Made by a program: the position numbers and the translations under genes. A model generated the notes under the pieces. It was not told where the DNA came from and searched no databases. It saw nothing but the letters and a program-made list of their open reading frames with translations. Below, in pieces: positions 18,306-29,000 of a stretch of DNA of 64,000 bases. Positions within the stretch are counted from its first letter, which is position 1. Each line of letters starts with the position of its first letter. The stretch comes from Thermoplasmata archaeon (GTDB taxonomy: Archaea > Thermoplasmatota > E2 > JACPAO01 > JAHFTW01). The DNA is taken from assembly GCA_034667725.1 (NCBI GenBank), contig JAXDQS010000001.1, forward strand, positions 303,846 to 367,845, given 5' to 3'.

Positions 18306-20704
18306 ACGCCGGCGCCGCCGTGCTGGGCCTGAGCGGCGGCCTGCGCGACCGCCGCAAGCTGGTCCTCCAGGCGCCCGGCCTCAACGGCATCGACTACGTC
18401 GAGGTCGACGCCACCGACGAGGCCAGCCAGAAGATGGTGCGCGTCCACCTCCTGAAGCCCGCCGACGCGGCCCTGGTCCCCTGGCTGCTGGCCCACCCCG
18501 ACGCGTTCCGCCTCGCCACCGCCGGCCGCGACCCGCCGCCCCGCGTCAAGGCCGTGGCCGCCGCGCCCACCCCCGGCCCGCACCTCGTCCTCCACCTCGA
18601 CAAGCCCGGCGGCTTCGCGCAGCACACCCTCCACCTCCAGGCCAAGGGCGTCGACCCGGCGTTCGCGTCGGTGCGCCTCGACTTCAAGGCCGCCTGCCCC
18701 GCCCGCTTCGACTGCGAGGCCGCCCCGCCGCCGCCCGCCCCCGAGACGCCGGCGCCCCGCATCGACTACGAGACGCGCGACTTCGCCGGCTTCCGCGCCC
18801 TCATGCTCGACCGCCTGCGCACCCTCATGCCCGACTGGCAGGGCGGCAGCGAGGCCGACGTCGCCGTCACCATCGTCGAGCAGCTCGCCTGGGCCGCCGA
18901 CCGCCTGAGCTACATGCAGGACGTCGTGCACACCGAGTCCTACCTCGACACCTGCCGCCAGCGCACCTCGCTTGCGCGCCACGTCCGCCTCGTCGACCAC
19001 CCGCTCGCGGAAGGCACGAGCGCCCAGACCGTGCTCGACCTGCAAGTCCGGGCCGCGGTCCAGCTGCCCGTCGCCACGCCGGCCTACGCCCGCATCGCGC
19101 CCGACCCGACCCGCATCGAGCACGGCGTCGTGGTGCGGGCGCACGAGCGCGACGACGCGGCCGCCCGCGCCGGCCTCGTGTACGAGACCCTGCACGCCGC
19201 GGACCTGCACCCCGCCTGCAACCTGGTCCGGCTGCACACCTGGGGCCTGGAGCCGTGCGACCTGCCGGCCGGCGCCACCCAGGCCGACCTGGTGGGCGAC
19301 CTGACCGGCCTGGTGGGGCCTGGCAAGCTGCTGCTGTTCGAGGAGACCCTCGACCCCCGCACCGCCGAGCCGGCGGACGCCGACCTGCGCCACCGCTTCC
19401 TGGTCCGCGTCACCCAGGCGACCCTGCACACCGACCCGCTGGGCGGCGTCAAGGTCACGCGCGTCCGCTGGGACCGCGCCGACGCGCTGCCGTGCCGCCT
19501 GCCGCTGGCCGGCGCCACCAGCTTCGGCAAGCCCTACCACGACGCGACCGTGGTGCGCGCCAACCTGGTGCTCGCGGACCACGGCAGGACGGTCGAGGAG
19601 AAGCACCTCGTCCCCCCAAGGCCGCCCCATGCCAGCCAGCAGCGCGCCCACCGCCTCAAGCTCGGCGAGGCGCCGCTCGCCTACCGCCAGCACGTGCGCG
19701 CAAACGCGCCCGCCGCAGCGCTCGCGCGCCACGACCCCGCGCTGGTGCGCGCCGAGGCCGTCGCCCTCCTGGACGACGACGTCTGGGAGCCCGGCGACCT
19801 GCTGGCGGTGGACGGCCAAGGCACCGTGGTCGCGGTCGAGCCGGAGGAAGGCGAGGCGTGGCTGCGGTTCGGCGACGGCCGCCTCGGCCGCGCCCCGCCG
19901 GCCGGGAGCAAGCTCACCGTCCGCTACCGCGTCGGCAACGGCCCCGCCGGCCACGTGGGCCACGACGCCTTGGCCCACGTCGCCGAGCCGTTCCAGGGCG
20001 CGCTCTGGGCCGTGGAGCACGTCCGCAACCCGGTCGCCTCCTGGGGTGGCCTGGCGCCGGAGAGCATGGAGGCCGCGCGCCGCGACGCCACCGAGGCGTT
20101 CCGGGTCGAGCCCAAGCGTGCCGTCACCGAGGAGGACTACGGCGCCGTCGCCCGGCTGCATCCCGAGGTGCAGCAGGCCGTGGCGCGGTTCCGCTGGACC
20201 GGCAGCTGGCACACGGTCTTCCTCTACATCGACCCGCTCGGCCGCCCCGACCTGGACGCCGCGCTGGCCGCCCGCGTCGAGGCGTGGGTGCATGCCTTCA
20301 CGCAGACCGGCTACGACCTGGAGGTGCGCGGCCCGCGCCCGGTCCCCATCGAGCTGGAGATCCAGGCGTGCGCGCGCCGCGACCACCTCGCCCCCGACGT
20401 CGAGCAGGCGGTGCGCGCCGCCCTCGGCTCCGGCCTGCTGCCCGACGGCACCCAGGCGTTCTTCCACCCCGATCGCCACACCTTCGGCCAGCCGCTGCAC
20501 CTGAGCGCCATCGTCGCCGCCGTCGAGCGGGTCGAGGGCGTCGAGATGGTGCGCGTGGCCAGCCTGCGCCGCGGCGACGGCGGCCCCGGCCCCAAGGACG
20601 GCCGGCTCGACATCGGGCCCCTGGAGGTCGTCCGGCTCGACGCCGACCCCGACCGCCCCGACAACGGCCAGCTCACCGTCACGGTCGACGGAGGCTCCGC
20701 ATGA
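18302..20704 (+). CDS. Baseplate J-like wedge protein 1 (Afp11-like)
   Basis: 'IDYETRDFAGFRALML', 'LSYMQD...ESYLDT', 'LRFGDGRLG', 'YRVGNG', 'RAVTEEDY'. Confidence 0.9.
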   Translation: MNAGAAVLGLSGGLRDRRKLVLQAPGLNGIDYVEVDATDEASQKMVRVHLLKPADAALVPWLLAHPDAFRLATAGRDPPPRVKAVAAAPTPGPHLVLHLDKPGGFAQHTLHLQAKGVDPAFASVRLDFKAACPARFDCEAAPPPPAPETPAPRIDYETRDFAGFRALMLDRLRTLMPDWQGGSEADVAVTIVEQLAWAADRLSYMQDVVHTESYLDTCRQRTSLARHVRLVDHPLAEGTSAQTVLDLQVRAAVQLPVATPAYARIAPDPTRIEHGVVVRAHERDDAAARAGLVYETLHAADLHPACNLVRLHTWGLEPCDLPAGATQADLVGDLTGLVGPGKLLLFEETLDPRTAEPADADLRHRFLVRVTQATLHTDPLGGVKVTRVRWDRADALPCRLPLAGATSFGKPYHDATVVRANLVLADHGRTVEEKHLVPPRPPHASQQRAHRLKLGEAPLAYRQHVRANAPAAALARHDPALVRAEAVALLDDDVWEPGDLLAVDGQGTVVAVEPEEGEAWLRFGDGRLGRAPPAGSKLTVRYRVGNGPAGHVGHDALAHVAEPFQGALWAVEHVRNPVASWGGLAPESMEAARRDATEAFRVEPKRAVTEEDYGAVARLHPEVQQAVARFRWTGSWHTVFLYIDPLGRPDLDAALAARVEAWVHAFTQTGYDLEVRGPRPVPIELEIQACARRDHLAPDVEQAVRAALGSGLLPDGTQAFFHPDRHTFGQPLHLSAIVAAVERVEGVEMVRVASLRRGDGGPGPKDGRLDIGPLEVVRLDADPDRPDNGQLTVTVDGGSA

Positions 20705-23700
20705 GCCACCCGCACGGCCAGGCGACGCCCGCCCCCATCCACAACCGGCCCGGCCTGCCGCGCCTGCGCTACCGCGTCGGCGACCACGGCCGTTTCCGGC
20801 GCGCCATGGTCGAGGCATTGCCGCGCGCGTTCGTGGCCGACCAGGCGCCGCTGCGGGCGCTCACGGCGCGCGACGACGGCGACCCCGCCATGGCGCTCTT
20901 GGACGCCTGGGCGGTCGCGTGCGACGTCCTGACGTTCTACCAGGAGCGCATCGCCAACGAGGCCTACCTGCGCACCACCGCCCAGCCCGCCCGGGTCGCG
21001 GCCGTCGTCGGCCACCGCAGCGCGCCCGGCTGCGCCGCCGCCACGCTGCTGGCGTTCACCATCGACCACGACCAGCCCGTCGACCTGCCGGCGGGGCTCC
21101 AGGTCCAGACCGTGCCCGACCCGGGGCAGAAGCCGGCGCTGTTCGAGACGATGGAGCCGCTGCGCGCGCACCGCGGCCTCAACCGCGTGGCCGCGCGCGC
21201 CACCTGGCCGCAGCCGCCGGCGGGCAAGGCCCGGCAGGCGTGGCTCGTCGGCACCAAGACCGGGTTGCGCAAGGGCGACACCGTCCTGCTGGTGGCCGGT
21301 CCTGGCGCGTGGCACCTGCGCACGCTCACGCAAGTGGACGCGCTGGACGGCCGCACCCGCGTGGCTTGGGACGCGGCGTTGCCGGACGGGACGCCGCCGC
21401 TCGCGGTCCACGCCGTCGAGCGCGAGGCGCGCGGCTTCGGCCACAACGCGCCGCGGTGGACCGACCTGCAGCGCCTGTTCGACGCCGCCCAGGCCGTTCC
21501 GCCGCCGCCCAAGGGGTACGACGCTTACGTCAAGGCGTGGGGGACCATCCACTTCTTCGACGCCTCGCCCGCGGACACGAGCCCGACGCCCAAGCGGCCC
21601 TTGGACCTGGACTCCCGCTACCCGATCCGTCCCGACAGTTGGGCCATGCTGGTCAACGACGATGGCACCAAACGCCAGTTGCTGCGCGTCCAGGCCGTCG
21701 CCGAAGTCAGCCGTCAGGACTACCAGGTCGCCGCCACCGTCACCCGCCTCACGACCGACCCGCCGTTGCCCGCAACACCCACGGACTTCCCGGTCGCAAG
21801 CAGCAAGCTCCTCGCCTTCGGTCCCGCGCTGCCCCAGGCGGAAGGGCCGGCGCCCATCCTGCGCGCAGGCGGCGTCGCGCTCGACCTCGACGGCGACCAT
21901 CCCGCCTTCCACGACGGCCGCCGCCTGGTGCTCGAAGGCCGCCGCGTGCGCGTCCACAAGGGCTTCGCCGGCCCGCCCGTCACCTTCCCGGACCCGGTGT
22001 TCGCGCCGACCTTGAAGGCCTCCGGCGCCGTCCGCCTCGTGCGCGTCGAGCTTGGCGGCGCGCCCGTGTTCCTCCTCAAGGCGCCCCAGAACCTGGGCGA
22101 CAAGGCCGAGCCGTTCGACGTGCTGCTGGCCGGCGCGTGGGCCGGCAAGGCGCCCGGCTATGCCATCCAGGCCAGCGACGCGACGGTCCACGGCAAGGGC
22201 GCCCCGGTCCAAGCCCACGTCCTGTACGTCGACGCCGACAACGACGGCGGCTACGGCCGCGGCGACGCCGTCTACCTCAGCAGCAGCCCCGCCGGCCTGG
22301 TCGCGACCAAGGACGCCGACTTCAGCCTCCGCCTCACCGGCCCGGAGGCCGGCACGCTGGTGCTGAAGGACCAGGCCGACCTGGTCGCGTCGGGCCACGC
22401 CGCCCGCGCCGGCCTGAGCCCCGACGGCCCGCCGGGCCTCGCGCTGTTCGACGCCGACGGCGACGGCCTGTTCCACGCCGGCCGCGACCGGCTCTACCTT
22501 ACGCCCGGCCCCGTCGCGGAAGGCAGCCTGGTGCCGCCCGCGGCGGTGCGCCTGCACGGCGGCACGTTCGGCTCGCAGGTCGGCTTCGGCGACCAAGACC
22601 ATCCCGTGCTGCCGACGGCAGCACTCGCCGGCGGCGCCGCAGGCGAGCGGATCGAGCCGCTGGACATGGGCACCGAGGCCGTCGAGGTCGCGGCGGTGCG
22701 GCGCGGCGACGGCGGCCGGACCCGCCTCGAATTGGCGGCGGGCCTCCTGCACGACTACGACCCGGCCACCGTCGTGCTGCACGGCAACGTCGCGCCCGCC
22801 ACCCACGGCGAGACCCAGAAGCCCGCGGCCCTCGGCAGCGGCGAGGCCACCGCCGAGCACCAGGCGTTCGCGCTCCCGAAGGCGCCGCTGACCCACGTCG
22901 CCGACCCGAAGGGCGAGCACGGCGTCCGCCCCGAGCTCCTGGTGCGCGTCGGCGGCGTGGCGTGGGACGGCCGGCCCACGCTGCACGGGGCCGCGCCGGA
23001 CGCCGCCGCCTACGCGGTGCAGCGCACGGCCGACGGCACCTTCGTCCGCTTCGGCGACGGCGACGCGGGCGCCCGCCTGCCCACCGGCACCCACAACGTC
23101 ACCGCGCTCTACCGCCAAGGGCTCGGCCGCGCCGGCAACGCGCGCGCCGGCCAGGTGCGCAACCTCAAGGACAAGCCGAAGGGCCTCAAGGCCGCCGCCA
23201 ACCCGGTGCCGGCCACCGGCGGCGTCGATCCCGAGTCCACCGACACGACCCGCGCCGCCGCGCCCGAGAGCGTGCTGGTGCTCGACCGCGTCGTGTCGCT
23301 GCGCGACCACGAGGACGCGGCGCGGGCGTACGTCGGCGTCGCGCAGACCCGCGCCCGCATGGCGTGGCACGGCGGCGAGCGGGTCGTCGAGCTCACCATC
23401 GTCGGCGACGACGGCGAGCGGCTGCCCGCCGGCCACCCGCTGCGCGCCAGCCTGATGGGCTACCTCGACGCCCGCCGCGACCCGCACCAGGCCGTGCGGC
23501 TGCGCGCCCACGAGCCGGTGCCGCTCACCATCGCGGTGCGCATCGACGCCGATCCCCGCCACGATGCCGAGGTGGTGCGCGCCGCCGCCCGCGCCATCCT
23601 GCTGGAGCGGTTCGCCTTCGGCCACGGCGAGCTGGGCGGGCCCGTGCAGGCCAGCGACCTGCTGGAGCTGCTGCACCGCGTCCCGGGCCTGGTGGGCGCC

Positions 23701-23826
23701 CACCTGCTGCGGCTGTCGCGCGGCGCCGCGGCGGACGCGCCCGCCCGCCTGCCGATGGCGGCGCACGAGCTGGCGACCCTGGACCCGCGCGACCTGCGCG
23801 TCCTGCTGCGGGGGGAGCCGGCATGA
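20701..23826 (+). CDS. Baseplate J-like wedge protein 2, with internal DxDxDG-containing insertion
   Basis: 'LDAWAVACDVLTFYQERIANEAYLRT', 'HGNVAPATHGET', 'VRFGDGDAGARLPTG', 'RVVSLRDHED'. Confidence 0.88.
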   Translation: MSHPHGQATPAPIHNRPGLPRLRYRVGDHGRFRRAMVEALPRAFVADQAPLRALTARDDGDPAMALLDAWAVACDVLTFYQERIANEAYLRTTAQPARVAAVVGHRSAPGCAAATLLAFTIDHDQPVDLPAGLQVQTVPDPGQKPALFETMEPLRAHRGLNRVAARATWPQPPAGKARQAWLVGTKTGLRKGDTVLLVAGPGAWHLRTLTQVDALDGRTRVAWDAALPDGTPPLAVHAVEREARGFGHNAPRWTDLQRLFDAAQAVPPPPKGYDAYVKAWGTIHFFDASPADTSPTPKRPLDLDSRYPIRPDSWAMLVNDDGTKRQLLRVQAVAEVSRQDYQVAATVTRLTTDPPLPATPTDFPVASSKLLAFGPALPQAEGPAPILRAGGVALDLDGDHPAFHDGRRLVLEGRRVRVHKGFAGPPVTFPDPVFAPTLKASGAVRLVRVELGGAPVFLLKAPQNLGDKAEPFDVLLAGAWAGKAPGYAIQASDATVHGKGAPVQAHVLYVDADNDGGYGRGDAVYLSSSPAGLVATKDADFSLRLTGPEAGTLVLKDQADLVASGHAARAGLSPDGPPGLALFDADGDGLFHAGRDRLYLTPGPVAEGSLVPPAAVRLHGGTFGSQVGFGDQDHPVLPTAALAGGAAGERIEPLDMGTEAVEVAAVRRGDGGRTRLELAAGLLHDYDPATVVLHGNVAPATHGETQKPAALGSGEATAEHQAFALPKAPLTHVADPKGEHGVRPELLVRVGGVAWDGRPTLHGAAPDAAAYAVQRTADGTFVRFGDGDAGARLPTGTHNVTALYRQGLGRAGNARAGQVRNLKDKPKGLKAAANPVPATGGVDPESTDTTRAAAPESVLVLDRVVSLRDHEDAARAYVGVAQTRARMAWHGGERVVELTIVGDDGERLPAGHPLRASLMGYLDARRDPHQAVRLRAHEPVPLTIAVRIDADPRHDAEVVRAAARAILLERFAFGHGELGGPVQASDLLELLHRVPGLVGAHLLRLSRGAAADAPARLPMAAHELATLDPRDLRVLLRGEPA

Positions 23827-26093
23827 CGACGCCCACGCCGCAGCGGCTGGTCCCCGACCTGCACGCGCTGCTGCCCACGGTCCACAAGCTGGAGGACGCG
23901 CGGCTGGGCGGGCCGCTGCAGGCGCTCCTCGACGTGATGTCGGCGCAGGGCGACCTGGTGCGGCGCGACATCGAGCTGCTGTGGGACAACCTGTTCATCG
24001 ACACCTGCGCCGACTGGGTCGTGCCTTACATCGGCGACCTGGTGGGCACCCGGCCGCTGCACGACGTCGACCAGGCGCGCCGCCGCGACGTGGCCCGCAC
24101 CATCGGCAACCGCCGCCGCAAGGGCGTGCTGCCCATGCTGGAGCAGCTGGCCAAGGACGTCACCGGCTGGCAGGTGCACGCCGTCGCCGAGTTCGAGCGG
24201 CTCGCCTGGACCCAGCACCTGGAGCACGTCCGCAGCCAAGGCCCGCCGCTGCGCTGGTCGATGCACGACGACCCGACGGCGTCGCTGGTCGCCGCCGCCG
24301 AGGTGCGCGATGCCGACCTCATGGACCGCGTCGGCGGCCCGTTCGACCAGACCGCCCGCACCATCGACGTCCGCCACGCCGTGCATGACCGCGTCCGGCC
24401 CCACGTCCGCAACGTCACGTTCCACGCCGAGCCGCACAAGGCCCTGGAGGTCAAGCGCGTCCTCGTGCATCCCGTCGAGCTGCCGGCCGGCCATCCGCAC
24501 CACGGCCGCGCCTTCCGCATCGGCCACCTCGGCGCCGACTTCCCGCTGTTCGCGCAGGCCAACCCGCCCGTGGGGCTGGGCGACCCGGACCCCACGCTGC
24601 CGCCCTTCCTGCCGGGCTCGCCGCTCCGTCCGCTCGCGGTCCACATCGACGTCGAGCAGGCCCGCCGCCGCTTCATGCACAAGGAGGGCGGCGCGTCCCA
24701 ATACATCGGCCCCGACCGCAGCCTCCAGTTCTGGTTCGGCGCCGCCGCCACCCCCGCCCACGAAATCCACGTCATGGACCTGTCCGACTGGGGCACGGTG
24801 ACGCTCCCGGACAACACGCTGGCGTCCCGGGTGCCGACCAAGCTGCGCTACGTCGACCGCAACGGCAAGCGCCTGCGCGGCAAGCCCCCCAAGGAAGGCG
24901 TGCAGGGCCCGCTGCTGCCCATCCTCCAAGTGGACTTGGCGCTCGACGTCACCACCGGCCGCATCATCCAGCGCAGCGGCGCGCGCCGGATGCGCGTCAC
25001 CTACCAGCGCGGTGTCGCGGCGCCCCTGGGCGGCGGCACCTACCACCGCGACGTGGCCGAGCCCCGCGGCCTGCCCTGGCAGGTCTCGATCCCGCAGCAC
25101 TACACCTCCCTTGGCACCGCGCTCAACGCCTGGGAGGCCGCGCGCGACGCCGAACTGGCCCAAGGCCGGCACCTCGACGGGCTCATCGAGCTCGACACCA
25201 ACGGCGTCCGCGACGCCTTCACCAGCATCCAGTTGGCCCCCGGCTGCGAGCTGGTGCTGCGCGCCGCCGACCTGCGCTGGCCCCACTTCCGCGGCCCCCT
25301 TCACATCCATGGCGCGAAGGACGCCAAGCTCACCCTGGATGGCGTCTGCATCCAGGACCAGTTGCGCATCGACGGCGAGGTCGAGCTCTTGGTGCGCCAC
25401 AGCGCCCTCGTGCCCGGCCTGCGGCTCCACGGCGACGGCTCGCCCGCCCACCCGCTGGCGCCAAGCATCGTGCCGGGCCCCAAGCTCGACCTGCGGCTGC
25501 GCATCGAGCACAGCGTCGTCGGCCCGCTGCGCCTGCCGCCCGAGGCCGCGACCGTCGAGGCCAGCGACAGCATCCTGCAGGCCCCCGAGCCGACGCCCGG
25601 CGAAGCCGGCGTCGCCTTCGAGGGGCCGCCGCTGCGGCTGGAACGCTGCACCGTCTTCGGCACGGTCCAGGCGCGCACCCTGCACGCCTCCGAGACCCTG
25701 TTCGTGGACCCCGTGGTCGTCGAACGGCGCCAGGAGGAGTGCGTGCGCTTCAGCCACGTGCCCGAGGGCAGCCTGACGCCCCGCAGGTTCCGCTGCCAGC
25801 CCGACCTTGCCGTCGCGGCGCTCGGGGACGCCGCCACCCCCGCCGACAAGGCCCGGCTTCGGGCCCGGATCGCGCCCGTCTTCCTGTCCCGCCGGTACGG
25901 CCATCCCGACCACGCCCGCCTCCACCCCGAAACGGACCCGGCCGTCCGCGAGGGCGCCGAGGACGGCGGCGAGATGGGCGCGCACCACCTGCTGCACGAC
26001 CCGCACCGTGAGCAGAACCTGGACGCCCGCATGGAGGAATACCTCCCCCTGGGGCGGCGGCACACCCTTGCGACTCCCGAGGCCCGACCATGA
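23823..26093 (+). CDS. P2 gpI/T4 gp7-like wedge protein with C-terminal beta-helix-like region
   Basis: 'LHALLP..HKLED', 'WDNLFIDTCADWVVPYIGDLVG', 'RRRKG', C-terminal 'F.SRRYGHP..ARL...GAEDGGEMGA'. Confidence 0.72.
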   Translation: MTTPTPQRLVPDLHALLPTVHKLEDARLGGPLQALLDVMSAQGDLVRRDIELLWDNLFIDTCADWVVPYIGDLVGTRPLHDVDQARRRDVARTIGNRRRKGVLPMLEQLAKDVTGWQVHAVAEFERLAWTQHLEHVRSQGPPLRWSMHDDPTASLVAAAEVRDADLMDRVGGPFDQTARTIDVRHAVHDRVRPHVRNVTFHAEPHKALEVKRVLVHPVELPAGHPHHGRAFRIGHLGADFPLFAQANPPVGLGDPDPTLPPFLPGSPLRPLAVHIDVEQARRRFMHKEGGASQYIGPDRSLQFWFGAAATPAHEIHVMDLSDWGTVTLPDNTLASRVPTKLRYVDRNGKRLRGKPPKEGVQGPLLPILQVDLALDVTTGRIIQRSGARRMRVTYQRGVAAPLGGGTYHRDVAEPRGLPWQVSIPQHYTSLGTALNAWEAARDAELAQGRHLDGLIELDTNGVRDAFTSIQLAPGCELVLRAADLRWPHFRGPLHIHGAKDAKLTLDGVCIQDQLRIDGEVELLVRHSALVPGLRLHGDGSPAHPLAPSIVPGPKLDLRLRIEHSVVGPLRLPPEAATVEASDSILQAPEPTPGEAGVAFEGPPLRLERCTVFGTVQARTLHASETLFVDPVVVERRQEECVRFSHVPEGSLTPRRFRCQPDLAVAALGDAATPADKARLRARIAPVFLSRRYGHPDHARLHPETDPAVREGAEDGGEMGAHHLLHDPHREQNLDARMEEYLPLGRRHTLATPEARP

Positions 26094-29000
26094 GCGACTT
26101 CACCCGCATCACCCACGACGCCACCAAGCACTACACCCGCGTCCTCCGGCAGCAAGGCCGCGTCGACCTCGACGCCGATTGGAACGAGGGCATGGACATC
26201 CAGGCCCACGAGCTGCGCACCCGCACCCTCGACGTGGTCGGCGCCGCCGGCGTCCCCGCCGACGCGCCCGGCTTCGGCGTCACCTACCAGCCCACCGCAG
26301 GCGCCCCTGACTTTGCCCTCAGCGCCGGCCGCCTCTACGTCGACGGCATCCTGGCCACGCTGGAGAAGCCCACCACGTACACCAAGCAGCCCGACCTCCA
26401 GCCCGCGCCGCTCTTGGCCCCCGCGGCCAACGCCCGCCACCTGCTCTACGCGCTGCTGTGGGAGCGCCACGTCACGGCCCACGTCGACGACAAGCTGCGC
26501 GAGCCCGCCCTCGACGGCCTCGACACCGCCACCCGCACCCGCACCATGGCGCAAGTGCGCTGGATGACGGCGCCCGAGCACTGCGCCACCGCCTCCGCCG
26601 AATGGGACGCGCTCACCCGCCCCACCGGCATGGGCCTGCACTGCCGCGGCGCGCCCGCGACCCCGGCCGCGACCCCGTGCGACGTGCAGCCCCGCCGCGG
26701 CTACCACGGCGGCGGCAACCGCCTGTACCGCGTCGAGATCCACGACGCCGGCCTGCCGTACCCGTTCGACCACGCCCAGGTCGAGGCGGTCGTCGCCACC
26801 GACGTCGGCGGCAACACCTACCAGATGGCCGACATCGGGCGCCCCTGGCAGCCCGGCGACGCGCTCGAGCTGTTCCAAAGCAACGGCACCGCCAGCGTCC
26901 TCACCGCCGTCCAGGCGGTCAACGGCAACCAGGTCAAGGTCGAGGCCCAGGTCAACGTCAGCCTGGACCGCGCCCGCCGGGTCGCGACCTACAAGTGGTC
27001 GCGCGACAACGGCTCCGTCGTCCTTGCGGTCACGGGCTTCCCGGACCCGGTCGCCCTGCCCCGCGCCGTGAGTGTCGCCCGCTTCGGGCGCGACCACGTG
27101 CTCGGCCTCCGGCCCGGCGACTGGGTCGAGGTCGTGAGCGACCAGACCGAGACCGCCCGCGGCCCAGGCACGATGGCGCAGGTCGTCAAGATCCACGAGG
27201 GCGACCTCCGCATCGACCTCGACCGCGACGTCGCCCACCACGCCGGCCAGGGCAGCCTCCGGCTGCGGCGCTGGGACGACGTGCAGGGCCTCCGCCCCGT
27301 GCGCGCCGACGCCGACGACACCACCACGACGTTCCTGGAGCTGGAGGACGACGTCGAAGTGCGCTTCAGGTCCGACGGCCACGCCGTGCGCAGCGGCGAC
27401 TGGTGGGCGTTCACCGCGCGCCGCTCCGGCGTGGCGGGCGACCCCGGCGACGTGCAGGACCTCCACGGCGCGCCCCCCGAAGGCCGCGTCCACGTCGCCC
27501 GCCTCGCCATCGTCGAGTGGGGCGTGCAGAGCGGCAACGCCTGGACGCCCATCCTCCACGACTGCCGCCGCCGCTTCCTCCCGCTCACCGAGCTGGACTC
27601 GCCGTGCCCGGCCACCAGCGTCGGCGACGGCACCACCAGCATCGGCCGGCACACGCACAACGCCGACTATCCATACGGCCTCCAGCAGGCCATCGACAGC
27701 CTCGACGCCGGCATGATCCACGTCCTGCCCGGCCGCTACGTGCTCCCCGACTCGCTGCGGCTACACAGCGGCATCACGCTGCAAGGCTGCGGCGACCGCT
27801 CCATCCTGGTGGCCCCCGCCGGCAAGCCCGCCGTCCTCGCCGCCAGCGTCGGCGAACCCATCACGGAGGTCGCGCTCGAGACCCTGCGCATCGAAGGCGC
27901 CGTCCGCTTCGAGCGGGTCGAGAAGGCCCGCGTCCAAGGCTGCACCGTCCTTGGCGCCGGCGATCCCGCCATCGTCGCGCGCGACGCCCGCTGGCTGCGC
28001 GTGCTCGACTGCCGCGTCGACGGCAGCCCCGCCCTCCACTTCCAGGCGGAGGACGCCACCGTCGCCACCAGCCGCGTGCGCGGCGCCATCCAGGTGAGCC
28101 GCGCCAGCAGCCGCGTCGACGTCACGCGCTGCGTGCTCCACCACGCCGACGGCCACGCCGTCGAGGTCGGCGGCGCGCCGCCCGCCCCGGGCGCCGGCGC
28201 CGTCGCGGTGGCCGACGCGCCCCCCAGCCGCGTCCGCGTCCACGCCAACCTGGTGCGGCGCGCCGGCAAGTGCGCGGTCTGGGCGGCGGCCGCGGCGGGC
28301 GACGGCGCGCACGGCCTCGCCATCGAGGACAACCGCATCCAGCAGTGCTGGGCCGGCGGCAGCGCGGCGCCCTACCTGTCGGCGGCCGTCCACGTCGAGC
28401 ACTGGGCCCGCGTCAGCATCCTCGGCAACGAGGTCACGGACAACGCCCGCACGATGGCTGGCGACGGCACGCCTGGCGTCCGCCTCGTGGCCTGCGAGGA
28501 CGTGGACCTCATGGGCAACCACGTCGCCAAGAACGGCGCCATGGGCCACGCCCCCGCCCTGATGGCCGTCGGCTGCGAACGGCTGCACGCCGCCCACAAC
28601 CACCTGCACGGCTGGGGCCGCATCGCCAGCAAGCCCGACGGCGCCCCCGCCCGCGTCGCGGTGGTGCTGCACGGCCGCGCCCTGCGGCTGCACGGCAACC
28701 GCGTCCGCGGCGGCGCGGTCCAGGTGCTGGACGGCTCCTCCGGCGTCCACGTCGAGGCCAACCACGTCGCCGACGGCGACGGGCCCGGCATCCACCTCGG
28801 CGGCGGCAAGGCGGCCAAAGGGGACACGAAGACCGTCGGCAAGACTCCCGTGGAAATCCCCCAGGTATTCTCATGGCCGACCTTTGGCGGGACGAAGACG
28901 AACCCGGCCATCCCCGCGCTCGGCGAGAACGCCAAGAAGGTGCCGGTCCGGAGCAGGAAAGTGGTGGCGGAGGAAGAACAGACGCCCCCCGCCCCCAGCA

